Source: Vulcanimicrobiota bacterium
GTDB lineage: Bacteria; Vulcanimicrobiota; Vulcanimicrobiia; Vulcanimicrobiales; Vulcanimicrobiaceae
Assembly: GCA_003133025.1 (NCBI GenBank)
Contig: PKZK01000210.1
Coordinates: 1-16,908 of the forward strand
Direction of reading: 5' to 3'
Length of the DNA: 16,908 nt
Shown here in pieces: positions 8,047 through 16,357 of the stretch. A model generated the notes under the pieces. It ran no database searches, had not been told where the DNA came from, and was given only the letters and a program-made list of their open reading frames with translations. How positions within the stretch are numbered: the first letter of the stretch is position 1; the number at the start of each line of letters is the position of its first letter. Both the position numbers and the translations under genes were made by a program.

Positions 8047-9155
8047 AGAACCCGATTCGCGACCTGTGGGTGGACGAAAAGGCGCGCCGCGCAGGCTTTG
8101 CCGACGGTGCCTCGCTCGCCGAGGCGTATGCGCTCAAGCCGTATCGGCTCGATCAGCTCTACCGCGCGGCCACGAAAGAACTCATCGAAAACGTGGCGAG
8201 CATCAGCGTGCTGCCGGCCGACCTGCGTGCGCGCTTGAGCGAGCGCGGCGTCGCGCTCGACTCGGTCGAGCCGGTCGTTATCTTGCGCTCCAACGACGGT
8301 CAGACCACCAAGGGGCTCTTCCGCTTGCACGACGGCAACGAAGTCGAATCGGTGCTGATGGAGCACTGGGGCGGCCGCACGACGGTCTGCATTTCGAGTC
8401 AGGCCGGCTGCGCGTTTGCATGCGCGTTCTGCGCCACGGGTCAAGCCGGATTCACGCGCAACCTCACGGCCGACGAAATCTTCGATCAGGCGCGCTACTT
8501 CGCGCGCGACCTCGCAACGCGCGGGAAGAAGATCACCAACATCGTCTTCATGGGCATGGGCGAGCCGTTCCACAATTACGCTGCGGTGATGAACGCCGTG
8601 CGCCTGCTCAACGATCCGCACGGCTTCGGTCTGGGGCATCGCCACATCACGATTTCCACCGTGGGGCTCGTGCCCCAGATCGAGCGTTTCTCCGACGAAG
8701 GCATCCAGGTCAACCTGGCCATCTCGCTGCACGCTCCAACCGACGAACAGCGCGGTGCGATCATGCCGGTCAACAAGCGTTGGCCGGTGGCCGAACTGAT
8801 GGCGGCGTGCGCAGCCTACGTGACCAAGACGCACCGCAAGATCTTCTTCGAATACGTCATGCTGCGCGGCGTGAACGACGACGACGAGTCGGCGCGCGCG
8901 CTCGGCAAACTGATGCGCGGCCATCTGTATCACGTCAACCTGATTCCGTACAATTCCACGCCCGATGCGGCCGTGCAGGGCTCAGACGACCAGCGCATCC
9001 GCGCGTTCCAAAAAGTCCTCGACGAGATGGGCGTGCCCACGACGGTACGCACGCCGATGGGACGCGACATCGCCGCCGCTTGCGGCCAACTCCAAGCCGA
9101 AACGCAACCGCGGGTCAAGAAAGCCCCCGCGGAAGTCGCTCTGGCGCCGTCGTAG
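8043..9155 (+). CDS. rlmN: 23S rRNA (adenine 2503-C2)-methyltransferase RlmN, radical SAM
   Basis: TVCISSQAGCAFACAFCATG (CxxxCxxC), FMGMGEP, ISLHA, EYVML.GVND, VNLIPYN and DIAAACGQL. Confidence 0.95.
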   Translation: MKNPIRDLWVDEKARRAGFADGASLAEAYALKPYRLDQLYRAATKELIENVASISVLPADLRARLSERGVALDSVEPVVILRSNDGQTTKGLFRLHDGNEVESVLMEHWGGRTTVCISSQAGCAFACAFCATGQAGFTRNLTADEIFDQARYFARDLATRGKKITNIVFMGMGEPFHNYAAVMNAVRLLNDPHGFGLGHRHITISTVGLVPQIERFSDEGIQVNLAISLHAPTDEQRGAIMPVNKRWPVAELMAACAAYVTKTHRKIFFEYVMLRGVNDDDESARALGKLMRGHLYHVNLIPYNSTPDAAVQGSDDQRIRAFQKVLDEMGVPTTVRTPMGRDIAAACGQLQAETQPRVKKAPAEVALAPS

Positions 9156-9175
9156 CCCGCGAGCTCTTCAAGGCG

Positions 9176-9439
9176 ATGACGCTGCCCGGGGTAACGCTCG
9201 AACTTGTTTCGCTCCCGCGCGAGTCTTGGGGTGATCCGGGCGCCCAATTTCTCACGCACCGCGTCAACGAAGGCGTCGCACATTCGGCGATACCCGGCTC
9301 GTACGGCAGCGAGCAGCACGCCTTTGTCTGCGAGCCGATTTCCGCCGGCCCAGACTGCTTCGACGCGGCGCGATATCGCGCCGACGTCGAGCCGGTGTTG
9401 GAGTGGAAGGCATCGGCGTCGGACTCGGGAGTCGAGTAG
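9176..9439 (+). CDS. Hypothetical 87-aa protein or gene fragment
   Basis: ATG 9176 to TAG 9437-9439 fills the gap between rlmN and the next gene and directly abuts its ATG at 9440. No confident family. Confidence 0.4.
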   Translation: MTLPGVTLELVSLPRESWGDPGAQFLTHRVNEGVAHSAIPGSYGSEQHAFVCEPISAGPDCFDAARYRADVEPVLEWKASASDSGVE

Positions 9440-9829
9440 ATGGCGACTTGGGACGACGTTCGCAGGCTTGCGCTGGCTTTGCCCGCGACGAAGGAGACGA
9501 CTTCGTACGGGAACATTGCTTGGGCCGTCGGCGACAAAACGTTCGTGTGGGAACGACCGCTTCGCTCCGCGGATATCCAGGCGTTGGGCGACGCCGCGCC
9601 GGATGGCCCCATCCTGGGCGTGCGCACCGCCGACCTCGAGATGAAAGAAGTACTCCTAGCGAGCGCGCCAAAGATTTTCTTCACCACGCCGCACTTCGAT
9701 GGGTATCCGGCCGTCTTGATTCAGTTGAAGAAAATAAGCGCGAAGAAGCTCGGCGAGGTGTTGGAAGAAGCGTGGTTGGCGCGGGCGCCCAAGCGCGCGC
9801 GCGAAGCCTTCCTGCGCGATCGCGCGTAA
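9440..9829 (+). CDS. MmcQ/YjbR family DNA-binding protein
   Basis: 129 aa: MATWDDVRRLALALP, AWAVGDKTF, FFTTPHFDGYPAVLIQL, EAWLARAPKR. Confidence 0.85.
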   Translation: MATWDDVRRLALALPATKETTSYGNIAWAVGDKTFVWERPLRSADIQALGDAAPDGPILGVRTADLEMKEVLLASAPKIFFTTPHFDGYPAVLIQLKKISAKKLGEVLEEAWLARAPKRAREAFLRDRA

Positions 9830-9905
9830 GTCGAGCGACGCGATCGAACGTCCCGCTCTGCGCGGTCTCGCGACGCACTTCTGCGCGATAACGTCGCTTT
9901 TCTAC

Positions 9906-11078
9906 GTGTCTCGCGTCGCCTCGTTTGCGGCGAGTTGGGTGGAGTTGCCGCCGCTGCCCGCCAAGCCCGCCGGCTTGCCGCGCGTCTCGATCGTGGTGCC
10001 CGCGCGCGATGAAGAGCGCTCGATCGAACGCTGCGTGCGCTCGCTCTTAGCGCAGCAATGGATCGACTTCGAACTGATCGTGGTCGACGACCGCTCCGTC
10101 GATGCCACCCCGGAGATTCTGGAACGCTTGGCGCGCGAGGACGCACGCCTCCGCGTCGTGCGCGGCGGCGACCTGCCCGACGGCTGGGTCGGCAAGCCGT
10201 GGGCGCTCTCTCAGGGCGAGAAGCTCGCGCGCGGCGAGTGGCTGCTCTTCACGGATGCCGATTCGTGCCACGCGCCGGAGGGCGTCGCGACGGCGCTCTA
10301 CTACGCCACGCGCGCGCCGGTCGCCGCGCTCTCGATCGCAACGCACCAAGAACTCGGCTCGTTTTGGGAGCGCGCGATCTTGCCCTCGGTGCTCGGCTTG
10401 ATTCTCTTCGCCTCGGGTTCGCTCGGCGAAATCAACGATCCGCGCTCCGAGCGCGCCCTCGCCAACGGGCAATATCTGCTGGTGTCGCGCTCCGCATACG
10501 ATGCGCTCGGCGGGCACGAAGCGCTGCGCGGCGAGATCGTCGAGGATCTGGAGTTCGCGCGTCGCCTCAAGGCCGACGGGCGTTTCCGCCTGCTGCTCGC
10601 GTCGGGCGAGGCGCTGGCCTCCGTTCGCATGTACCATTCGCTCGGCGAGATCCGCCGGGGTTTCACCAAGAACGCATTCGCCGGGGCCAAGGGCGATGTG
10701 GCGGCGTTGCTGGGCGGCGTCGTGTTTCTTCTGACGATCTCGGCGCTGCCGCCGGTTCTCGCGGTCCGGGCACTGGGCGCGCGACGGTACGGCGAGGCCG
10801 CCGAGGCCCTCGCGTGCACGGCGGCGATCGTCGGCGCGGCGGCCTGGGGTTTTGGCCGCGTTCGCTTACCTCGGCGCCTGGCGGCGTTCGCGCCCCTGGG
10901 CATCGCGGCGTTTGCGGCAATCGCGCTCGAGTCGGCAGCGCTGGTGCTCTCCGGCCGCGGGGTCGAATGGCGCGGCCGGACCTACCTCAACCGCGCTCCG
11001 GGCAAAACGGTACCGCAGGAGCGTCCGGGCGCCGGAACCGGGTTGCCCGGGGCGGGAGCGACTTCGCCGCTGCCCTAA
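9906..11078 (+). CDS. Membrane-associated GT2 glycosyltransferase, HpnB/CrtQ-like (hopanoid or carotenoid glycosylation type)
   Basis: VSIVVPARDEE, VVDDRSVD, LPDGWVGKPWA, LLFTDAD, ANGQ, GGH...IVEDL, VRMY, C-terminal TM helices and WRGR. Confidence 0.85.
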   Translation: MSRVASFAASWVELPPLPAKPAGLPRVSIVVPARDEERSIERCVRSLLAQQWIDFELIVVDDRSVDATPEILERLAREDARLRVVRGGDLPDGWVGKPWALSQGEKLARGEWLLFTDADSCHAPEGVATALYYATRAPVAALSIATHQELGSFWERAILPSVLGLILFASGSLGEINDPRSERALANGQYLLVSRSAYDALGGHEALRGEIVEDLEFARRLKADGRFRLLLASGEALASVRMYHSLGEIRRGFTKNAFAGAKGDVAALLGGVVFLLTISALPPVLAVRALGARRYGEAAEALACTAAIVGAAAWGFGRVRLPRRLAAFAPLGIAAFAAIALESAALVLSGRGVEWRGRTYLNRAPGKTVPQERPGAGTGLPGAGATSPLP

Positions 11079-11090
11079 AACAGCCCAGTC

Positions 11091-12431
11091 ATGACAGACC
11101 TCGACGTGCGGCCCCAGGTAACGATGGAAGAGATCACGGCGTTGGCCAAGCGCCGCGGCTTCATCTTCCAATCCAGTGAGATCTACGGCGGCATCGGCGG
11201 CTTTTTCGATTACGGCCCGCTGGGCTCGATTCTCAAGCGCAACGTGAAGAACGCTTGGTGGCGCGAGATCGTGGAACTGCGCGACGACGTGGTGGGCTTC
11301 GACTCGTCGATCGTGATGCACCCCAACACCTGGGTGGCCTCGGGCCACGTGGCGGCCTTCCACGACAAGCTGGTCGACTGTCGCAACTGCAAGCACCGCT
11401 TTCGCGCCGATCACCTCGCCTCGCTCGAGAAGTGTCCCGATTGCGGCATGACCGGCACGCTGACCGAGCCGCGCGACTTCAACCTGATGATGAAAACGCA
11501 GGTCGGCCCGCTCGAAGACACGGCGTCGACGACGTATCTGCGGCCCGAAACGGCTCAGGGCATCTTCGTCAACTTCAAGAACATCTACCAGAGCGCGCGC
11601 AAGCGCCCGCCCTTCGGTATCGCGCAGATCGGTAAATCGTTCCGCAACGAGATCACGCCGGGTAACTTCACCTTCCGCGTGCGCGAGTTCGAACAAGCCG
11701 AACTCGAATATTTCGTGCCCGACGACGGCAACGACATGGCCTGTTACGAAACGTGGGTCGCGGCGCGCAAGAAGTGGTACAGCGATTACGGCGTGCGCGC
11801 CGACCGTCTGCGCTTCTACGAACTCAAACCCGAGGAGCGGCCGCATTACGCCCGCGCGGGCACCGACGTGGAGTATCTCTTCCCATGGGGTTGGGGCGAG
11901 TTGGAATCGATCGCGCACCGCGGCACCTACGACCTCGACGCGCACATGAAACTCTCGGGTAAGGACCTCACCTACTTCGACGAGGCGACGAAGTCGAAGT
12001 ACACGCCGATCCTCATCGAGAGTTCCGCGGGCATGGATCGCACCACGCTCACCGTGCTCATCGATGCGTACGATTCCGAGACGATCGTCGACGACGCCGG
12101 CAAAGAATCGAAGCGGACGGTGCTACGCTTCCATCCCAAGATCGCGCCGGTGCAGGTCGGCATCTTCCCGCTCGCGCGCAACAAGGCCGAGCTGGTCGAA
12201 CGCGCGCGGGCGCTCGAGCTCGAACTGCGTCCGCATTTCCGCACGACCTACGATGAAGGCAACGTCGGCCAGCTCTATCGTCGCCAAGACGAGATCGGCA
12301 CGCCGTTCTGCATCATGGTCGACTACGACAGCTTCGACGATCACAAGGTCACCGTGCGCGATCGCGATTCCATGCGCCAGGAGCGCGTGGCTTTCGATGC
12401 GCTGGCCGGCTATCTGCGCGAGCGCCTCTAA
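11091..12431 (+). CDS. glyQS: Glycine--tRNA ligase, homodimeric alpha2 type
   Basis: KRRGFIFQSSEIYGG, YLRPETAQGIF, QIGKSFRNEITP, FRVREFEQ, IESSAGMDR, and the anticodon-binding YRRQDEIGTP. Confidence 0.96.
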   Translation: MTDLDVRPQVTMEEITALAKRRGFIFQSSEIYGGIGGFFDYGPLGSILKRNVKNAWWREIVELRDDVVGFDSSIVMHPNTWVASGHVAAFHDKLVDCRNCKHRFRADHLASLEKCPDCGMTGTLTEPRDFNLMMKTQVGPLEDTASTTYLRPETAQGIFVNFKNIYQSARKRPPFGIAQIGKSFRNEITPGNFTFRVREFEQAELEYFVPDDGNDMACYETWVAARKKWYSDYGVRADRLRFYELKPEERPHYARAGTDVEYLFPWGWGELESIAHRGTYDLDAHMKLSGKDLTYFDEATKSKYTPILIESSAGMDRTTLTVLIDAYDSETIVDDAGKESKRTVLRFHPKIAPVQVGIFPLARNKAELVERARALELELRPHFRTTYDEGNVGQLYRRQDEIGTPFCIMVDYDSFDDHKVTVRDRDSMRQERVAFDALAGYLRERL

Positions 12432-12446
12432 GCCTGCGAAAAGGCC

Positions 12447-12977
12447 CTACTGAAACGCGATCGAGACGGAGCGCGAAACCGTTTCGCCGCTCGCGGTGTG
12501 ACCCACCACATCGACGGTGTAATTCCCGTGAAACATCGCCGGCACGGATTTCGGAACGGCGAAGGCCATCGTGAAATTACCCGGCGCCTGCTTTTGGAAC
12601 GGTAACGTTGCGACGCGGACGTGCGCCTCGACGGCCGTCACGTCGGGCGTCGTACGGGCCTGCCATGAGACGGTGTCGCCGGCATGCACGGTCGTGGGAC
12701 TGACCGAGACGGAATAGATGGCCGGGCCGCTCGGCGCGGCGGCCGCCTGCGTGGCCGTTGCGGCCGGTTGCCGGGTTGCGCCCGCAGTCGCCGGCGCCGC
12801 TGCGGGCTGCGACGACGGTACAGAAGTCGGCAACGTCTGCGCTGCGGGTGGCGCCGGCGCTGCGGTCTGGGCGGGTGCGCTATTTTCCGCGTGCTTGGCC
12901 GAACACGCCGCCACGAGCGGCAACGCCAGAGCCAAGACCCACAGTCGCTGCGCGGGGCCGCAGCCCCGGGCGATCAC
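12447..12977 (-). CDS. Putative lipoprotein with Pro/Ala/Thr-rich linker and beta-rich (Ig-like) C-terminal domain
   Basis: Hydrophobic LWVLALALPLVAA-C lipobox, a low-complexity linker, then IYSVSVSPTTVHAGDTV...GNYTVDVVG. The GTG start overlaps the argD stop. Confidence 0.7.
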   Translation of the reverse strand: MIARGCGPAQRLWVLALALPLVAACSAKHAENSAPAQTAAPAPPAAQTLPTSVPSSQPAAAPATAGATRQPAATATQAAAAPSGPAIYSVSVSPTTVHAGDTVSWQARTTPDVTAVEAHVRVATLPFQKQAPGNFTMAFAVPKSVPAMFHGNYTVDVVGHTASGETVSRSVSIAFQ

Positions 12978-14185
12978 TTTCCGCCGTTAGGCGTCGAGTG
13001 CGCGGCGCAGATGCGGTGAAGTCGTTCGAGTCCGTCCTGCGCTTCCCCGACGCTCAGCACCAGCGGCGGGACGATGCGCAGCGTGTTATCGCCGGCGGCG
13101 TTGAGGATGAGGTGTTCCTCGAGAAGCGCGGCGTCGGCGAAGGTTTTCGCCTTGAACGGTTCGCGCACGGGCAGACCGAGCATCATTCCGATTCCCCTCG
13201 GTGGAGCAAAAACGTTGGGAAGCTGCCCGGCCAGCTTGCCCAAACCTGCCCTGAGCACCTCGCCAACCTCGGCGACGTGAGCGTCCAGATCGTGTTCGTC
13301 GCGGAAGCGCAGGTGGGCGAGCGCGGCCGCACAGGGTACGGGCGACCCGCCGAAGGTGGTGCCGTGGTCGCCCGGCTGCAGCCCGCTCGCTGCGGACTCG
13401 TCGACCAGCATCGCGCCGATGGGCAGCCCGTTGGCCAGCGCCTTGGCCAGGGTGACGACGTCGGGCCTGATGCCGAAATGCTGGAATGCGAAGAGCGAGC
13501 CCAGACGCCCCATGCCGCACTGGATCTCGTCGAAGATCAGGAGCGCGCCGCGTTCGCTGCACAGCCTTCGCGCCGCCGCGAGGAACGCGGGATCCGCGGG
13601 CTTGACGCCGCTCTCGCCCTGCACGGGCTCGACGATGAACGCCGCGACCGTGTCGTCGATCGCGGCGTCGAGCGCAGCGACGTCGTTGAACGCCGTGAAC
13701 GAGAAGCCCCCGGGCAGCGGCTCGAAGCCCTCGTGATATTTCGCGTTGGCCGTGGCCGCGAGCGCGCCCAGCGTGCGGCCATGGAACGAGCCCGTGCACG
13801 ACACGATCGTGCGCCGCTGCGTCTCGCCCTTGCGGAAGGCGAGTTTGCGCGCGAGCTTGATCGCCGCTTCGGTGGCCTCGGTGCCTGAGTTGCAGAAGAA
13901 GACGCGGTCGAAGCCGGAGCGCGCGGCGAGCTGGTCGGCGAGCGTTCCCGCCGGTTCGTGGTTGAAGATGTTGCTGCAGTGCACGAGCGTCGCAGCCTGC
14001 GTTGCGACGGCTTCGCTGATCGCCGGATGCGCGTGACCCAGCGCGCATACCGCGATGCCCGCGAGAAAGTCGAGGTAGCGGGTGCCCTCGGTATCGATGA
14101 GTTCGCAGCCCTCGCCGCGCACGATCGTCACCGGCGCGCGCGCGTAGTTCGCCAGCAGGTGGGCGCCCGGCGTTGCGGTTCTCAC
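12974..14185 (-). CDS. argD: Acetylornithine aminotransferase (class III PLP)
   Basis: GTG 14185 overlaps the argJ stop. YLDFLAGIAV.ALGH, NSGTEA, SFHGRT, EPVQGESG, FDEIQCGMGR, TLAKALANG and HGTTFGG, in an arg gene context. Confidence 0.92.
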   Translation of the reverse strand: MRTATPGAHLLANYARAPVTIVRGEGCELIDTEGTRYLDFLAGIAVCALGHAHPAISEAVATQAATLVHCSNIFNHEPAGTLADQLAARSGFDRVFFCNSGTEATEAAIKLARKLAFRKGETQRRTIVSCTGSFHGRTLGALAATANAKYHEGFEPLPGGFSFTAFNDVAALDAAIDDTVAAFIVEPVQGESGVKPADPAFLAAARRLCSERGALLIFDEIQCGMGRLGSLFAFQHFGIRPDVVTLAKALANGLPIGAMLVDESAASGLQPGDHGTTFGGSPVPCAAALAHLRFRDEHDLDAHVAEVGEVLRAGLGKLAGQLPNVFAPPRGIGMMLGLPVREPFKAKTFADAALLEEHLILNAAGDNTLRIVPPLVLSVGEAQDGLERLHRICAAHSTPNGGK

Positions 14186-15399
14186 GTGCGGTAGTGCGCG
14201 TTGATGCGCACGTAGTCTTTGCTGAGGTCGCAGCCCCAGGCCGTTGCCTTGGCCTCGCCGATGCCCAGTTCCAAGCGCACGTGCACTGCCGCATTTTCCA
14301 TCTCGCGGTGCGCTTCGGCCTCCGACAAGATTTCGCGCGCGCCGCGATCGACCCAGAGGTGGCCGTTGAGCGCCAGCGTCCACGCCTCGGGGTCCATGCC
14401 GGCGCCGGCCGAGCCGGCCGCCGCGATGATGCGGCCCCAATTCGGATCTTCGCCGTAGAGCGCGGTCTTGACCAAATTCGAATTGACCACAGCGCGCGCG
14501 ATCGCGCGCGCCTGCGCGTCGTCGCGCGCCGAACCGACTTCGACGGTGAGCGTCTTCGTCGCGCCTTCGCCGTCGCGCACCATCGCGTAGGCCAGATCGT
14601 GCGCGACCGCGCGCAGCGCTTCCGCGAAGCCCGGCGGCGCCGGACCGTCGCCCGGCGGCGCGAAGGCGTACACCGCGTCGTTGGTCGACATGTCGCCGTC
14701 CACGGAAATCATGTTGAAGCTCGCGTCGGTCGCGCCCAGCAGTTCGGCGTGCAACGCCTCGCGCGACATGGGCGCGCTCGTTGCGATGAAGGCCAGCATC
14801 GTGGCCATGTTGGGCGCGATCATGCCCGAGCCTTTGGCGATGCCGCCGACGACGTAGCGCGTCTCGCCGACGTAGAAGGCATAGGCCGCGAGCTTGGGCT
14901 CGTTGTCGGTGGTCATGATCGCTTCGGCGGCGTCGTAGGCCGCTTCCATGCCCTCTTCGAGATCTTTCACCGCGCGTTCGAGGCCCTTGAAGACGCGATC
15001 CGTCGGCAGATGCACGCCGATGACGCCGGTCGAGGCGACCACCACCTGCGAAGGCTCGATGCCCATGAGGGCCGCGGCTTGCCGTGCGGTCTGACGCGCA
15101 TCGTGTTCGCCGCGCTCGCCCGTGCACGCGTTGGCGCAGCCGGAATTGCAGACGACCGCGCGCATGCGTTCGCCGCTCTGCACGATGTGCTGTTCGGTCA
15201 GCAACACCGGCGCGGCTTTGATCTCGTTGGTGGTGATCGCCGACGCGGCGACTTGCTCGTGTGCGAAGGCGATCACCGCGAGATCGGGCTTGCGCTTCTT
15301 GATGCCGGCGTGCACGCCGGCCAAGGTGACGCCCGGAACGGCCCCGAGGCCGCCGCGCAGTTCGATCAGGCGAAGTTCAGATTGCGACGGCGCGATCAT
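14182..15399 (-). CDS. argJ: Ornithine acetyltransferase / N-acetylglutamate synthase ArgJ
   Basis: ATG 15399. NSGCANACTG, STGVIG, AIMTTD, KGSGMIAPNMATML (autoproteolytic Thr), DGDMSTND, DGEGATK, PNWGRI and INAHYRT. Confidence 0.95.
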   Translation of the reverse strand: MIAPSQSELRLIELRGGLGAVPGVTLAGVHAGIKKRKPDLAVIAFAHEQVAASAITTNEIKAAPVLLTEQHIVQSGERMRAVVCNSGCANACTGERGEHDARQTARQAAALMGIEPSQVVVASTGVIGVHLPTDRVFKGLERAVKDLEEGMEAAYDAAEAIMTTDNEPKLAAYAFYVGETRYVVGGIAKGSGMIAPNMATMLAFIATSAPMSREALHAELLGATDASFNMISVDGDMSTNDAVYAFAPPGDGPAPPGFAEALRAVAHDLAYAMVRDGEGATKTLTVEVGSARDDAQARAIARAVVNSNLVKTALYGEDPNWGRIIAAAGSAGAGMDPEAWTLALNGHLWVDRGAREILSEAEAHREMENAAVHVRLELGIGEAKATAWGCDLSKDYVRINAHYRT

Positions 15400-16357
15400 C
15401 GAGGCCACGTTCCTCCGGGAAGCCCAGCATGAGGTTGAGGTTTTGCAGAGCTTGACCTGCGGCGCCTTTGCCCAGGTTGTCGATGGCCGCGACGACGCGT
15501 ACCACGCGGCCCTGCCGGACGACGTTGAGTTCGACTCCGTTCGTGCCCGCAAGCGCCACCAGACTCGGCGCCTGGCGTGCGTCGAGCACGCGCACGAAGG
15601 GCGACGATGCGTAGGCGCGCGTGTAGGCGGCGGCGATCTCGGCATCGTCGAGTTCGCGTCCGAAGACGGCATAGCACGAGGCCAGGATGCCCCGGCGCAA
15701 CGGCACGACCTGCGGCGTAAAGACCAGCGGAGCGCCGAGGCCTGCCGCGGCCAACTCCTGTTCGATTTCGCGCTGGTGCCGGTGCCCGTGCAGGCCGTAG
15801 GCGCGCACGTCGCCCTCGACTTCGGCGAAGAGCGACGAGGTGGCCGGGGTTCGGCCGGCTCCCGTGATTCCGCTCTTGGCATCGACGATCAGTTGCACGA
15901 GATCCGCTGCGAACGGCGCCAGCGGCAACAGCGCGAGCAGCGTCGCGGTGGGGTAGCAGCCGGGGTTCGCGATGAGCCGCGCGTTGCGGATCGCAGCGCG
16001 GTAACGCTCGGGCAGCCCGTAGACGGCATCGCCCGCGTGCTCGTGCAAACGGAACGCGTCCGAGAGGTCGATGACGCGCGCGCCCGCGGCCAAGAATTGC
16101 GGCGCCCATTCGCGCGCGCTTTGCGCGCCTCCGCCCAGGACGACGGCATCGCCCGGCTGCACCTCGCGCAACGCACTTCCCGGACCGTCGAAGGCACGGG
16201 GCGAGCGGCGCAGGCCGGGCAAGTGCGCGCCGAGCGCTTCGCCCGCGTGCGAGGCGCTTTCGAGCGCGCCGAGCGCGAGGTCGGGGTGCCGTTCGGCCAG
16301 CCGGATGAATTCGCCGGCGGCATAGCCTGCCGCACCGGCGACGTGCACGCGCGTCAT
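15377..16357 (-). CDS. argC: N-acetyl-gamma-glutamyl-phosphate reductase
   Basis: Rossmann-type GAAGYAAGE, IDLSDAFRL, YGLPE, IANPGCYPT (catalytic Cys), SGITGAGR and DNLGKGAAGQA. Confidence 0.95.
   Translation of the reverse strand: MTRVHVAGAAGYAAGEFIRLAERHPDLALGALESASHAGEALGAHLPGLRRSPRAFDGPGSALREVQPGDAVVLGGGAQSAREWAPQFLAAGARVIDLSDAFRLHEHAGDAVYGLPERYRAAIRNARLIANPGCYPTATLLALLPLAPFAADLVQLIVDAKSGITGAGRTPATSSLFAEVEGDVRAYGLHGHRHQREIEQELAAAGLGAPLVFTPQVVPLRRGILASCYAVFGRELDDAEIAAAYTRAYASSPFVRVLDARQAPSLVALAGTNGVELNVVRQGRVVRVVAAIDNLGKGAAGQALQNLNLMLGFPEERGLDDRAVAI

Noticed and set aside
8043..9155. Cfr-type antibiotic resistance methyltransferase
   Set aside because: The motifs and housekeeping context fit RlmN and there is no mobile context. 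A phylogeny would be needed to claim otherwise.
11079..11090. T-box riboswitch upstream of glycyl-tRNA synthetase
   Set aside because: There are only 12 nt of intergenic space and I saw no T-box consensus.
12432..12445. GCCT-GCGAAA-AGGC mini hairpin between convergent genes as a terminator
   Set aside because: A 4-bp stem is too weak to support the call.
12974..15882. Long ORF-track calls 12974..15127 (717 aa) and 14182..15882 (566 aa) as fusion proteins
   Set aside because: Their N-terminal extensions are alternate-frame read-through over argJ and argC. The real starts are at 14185 and 15399.
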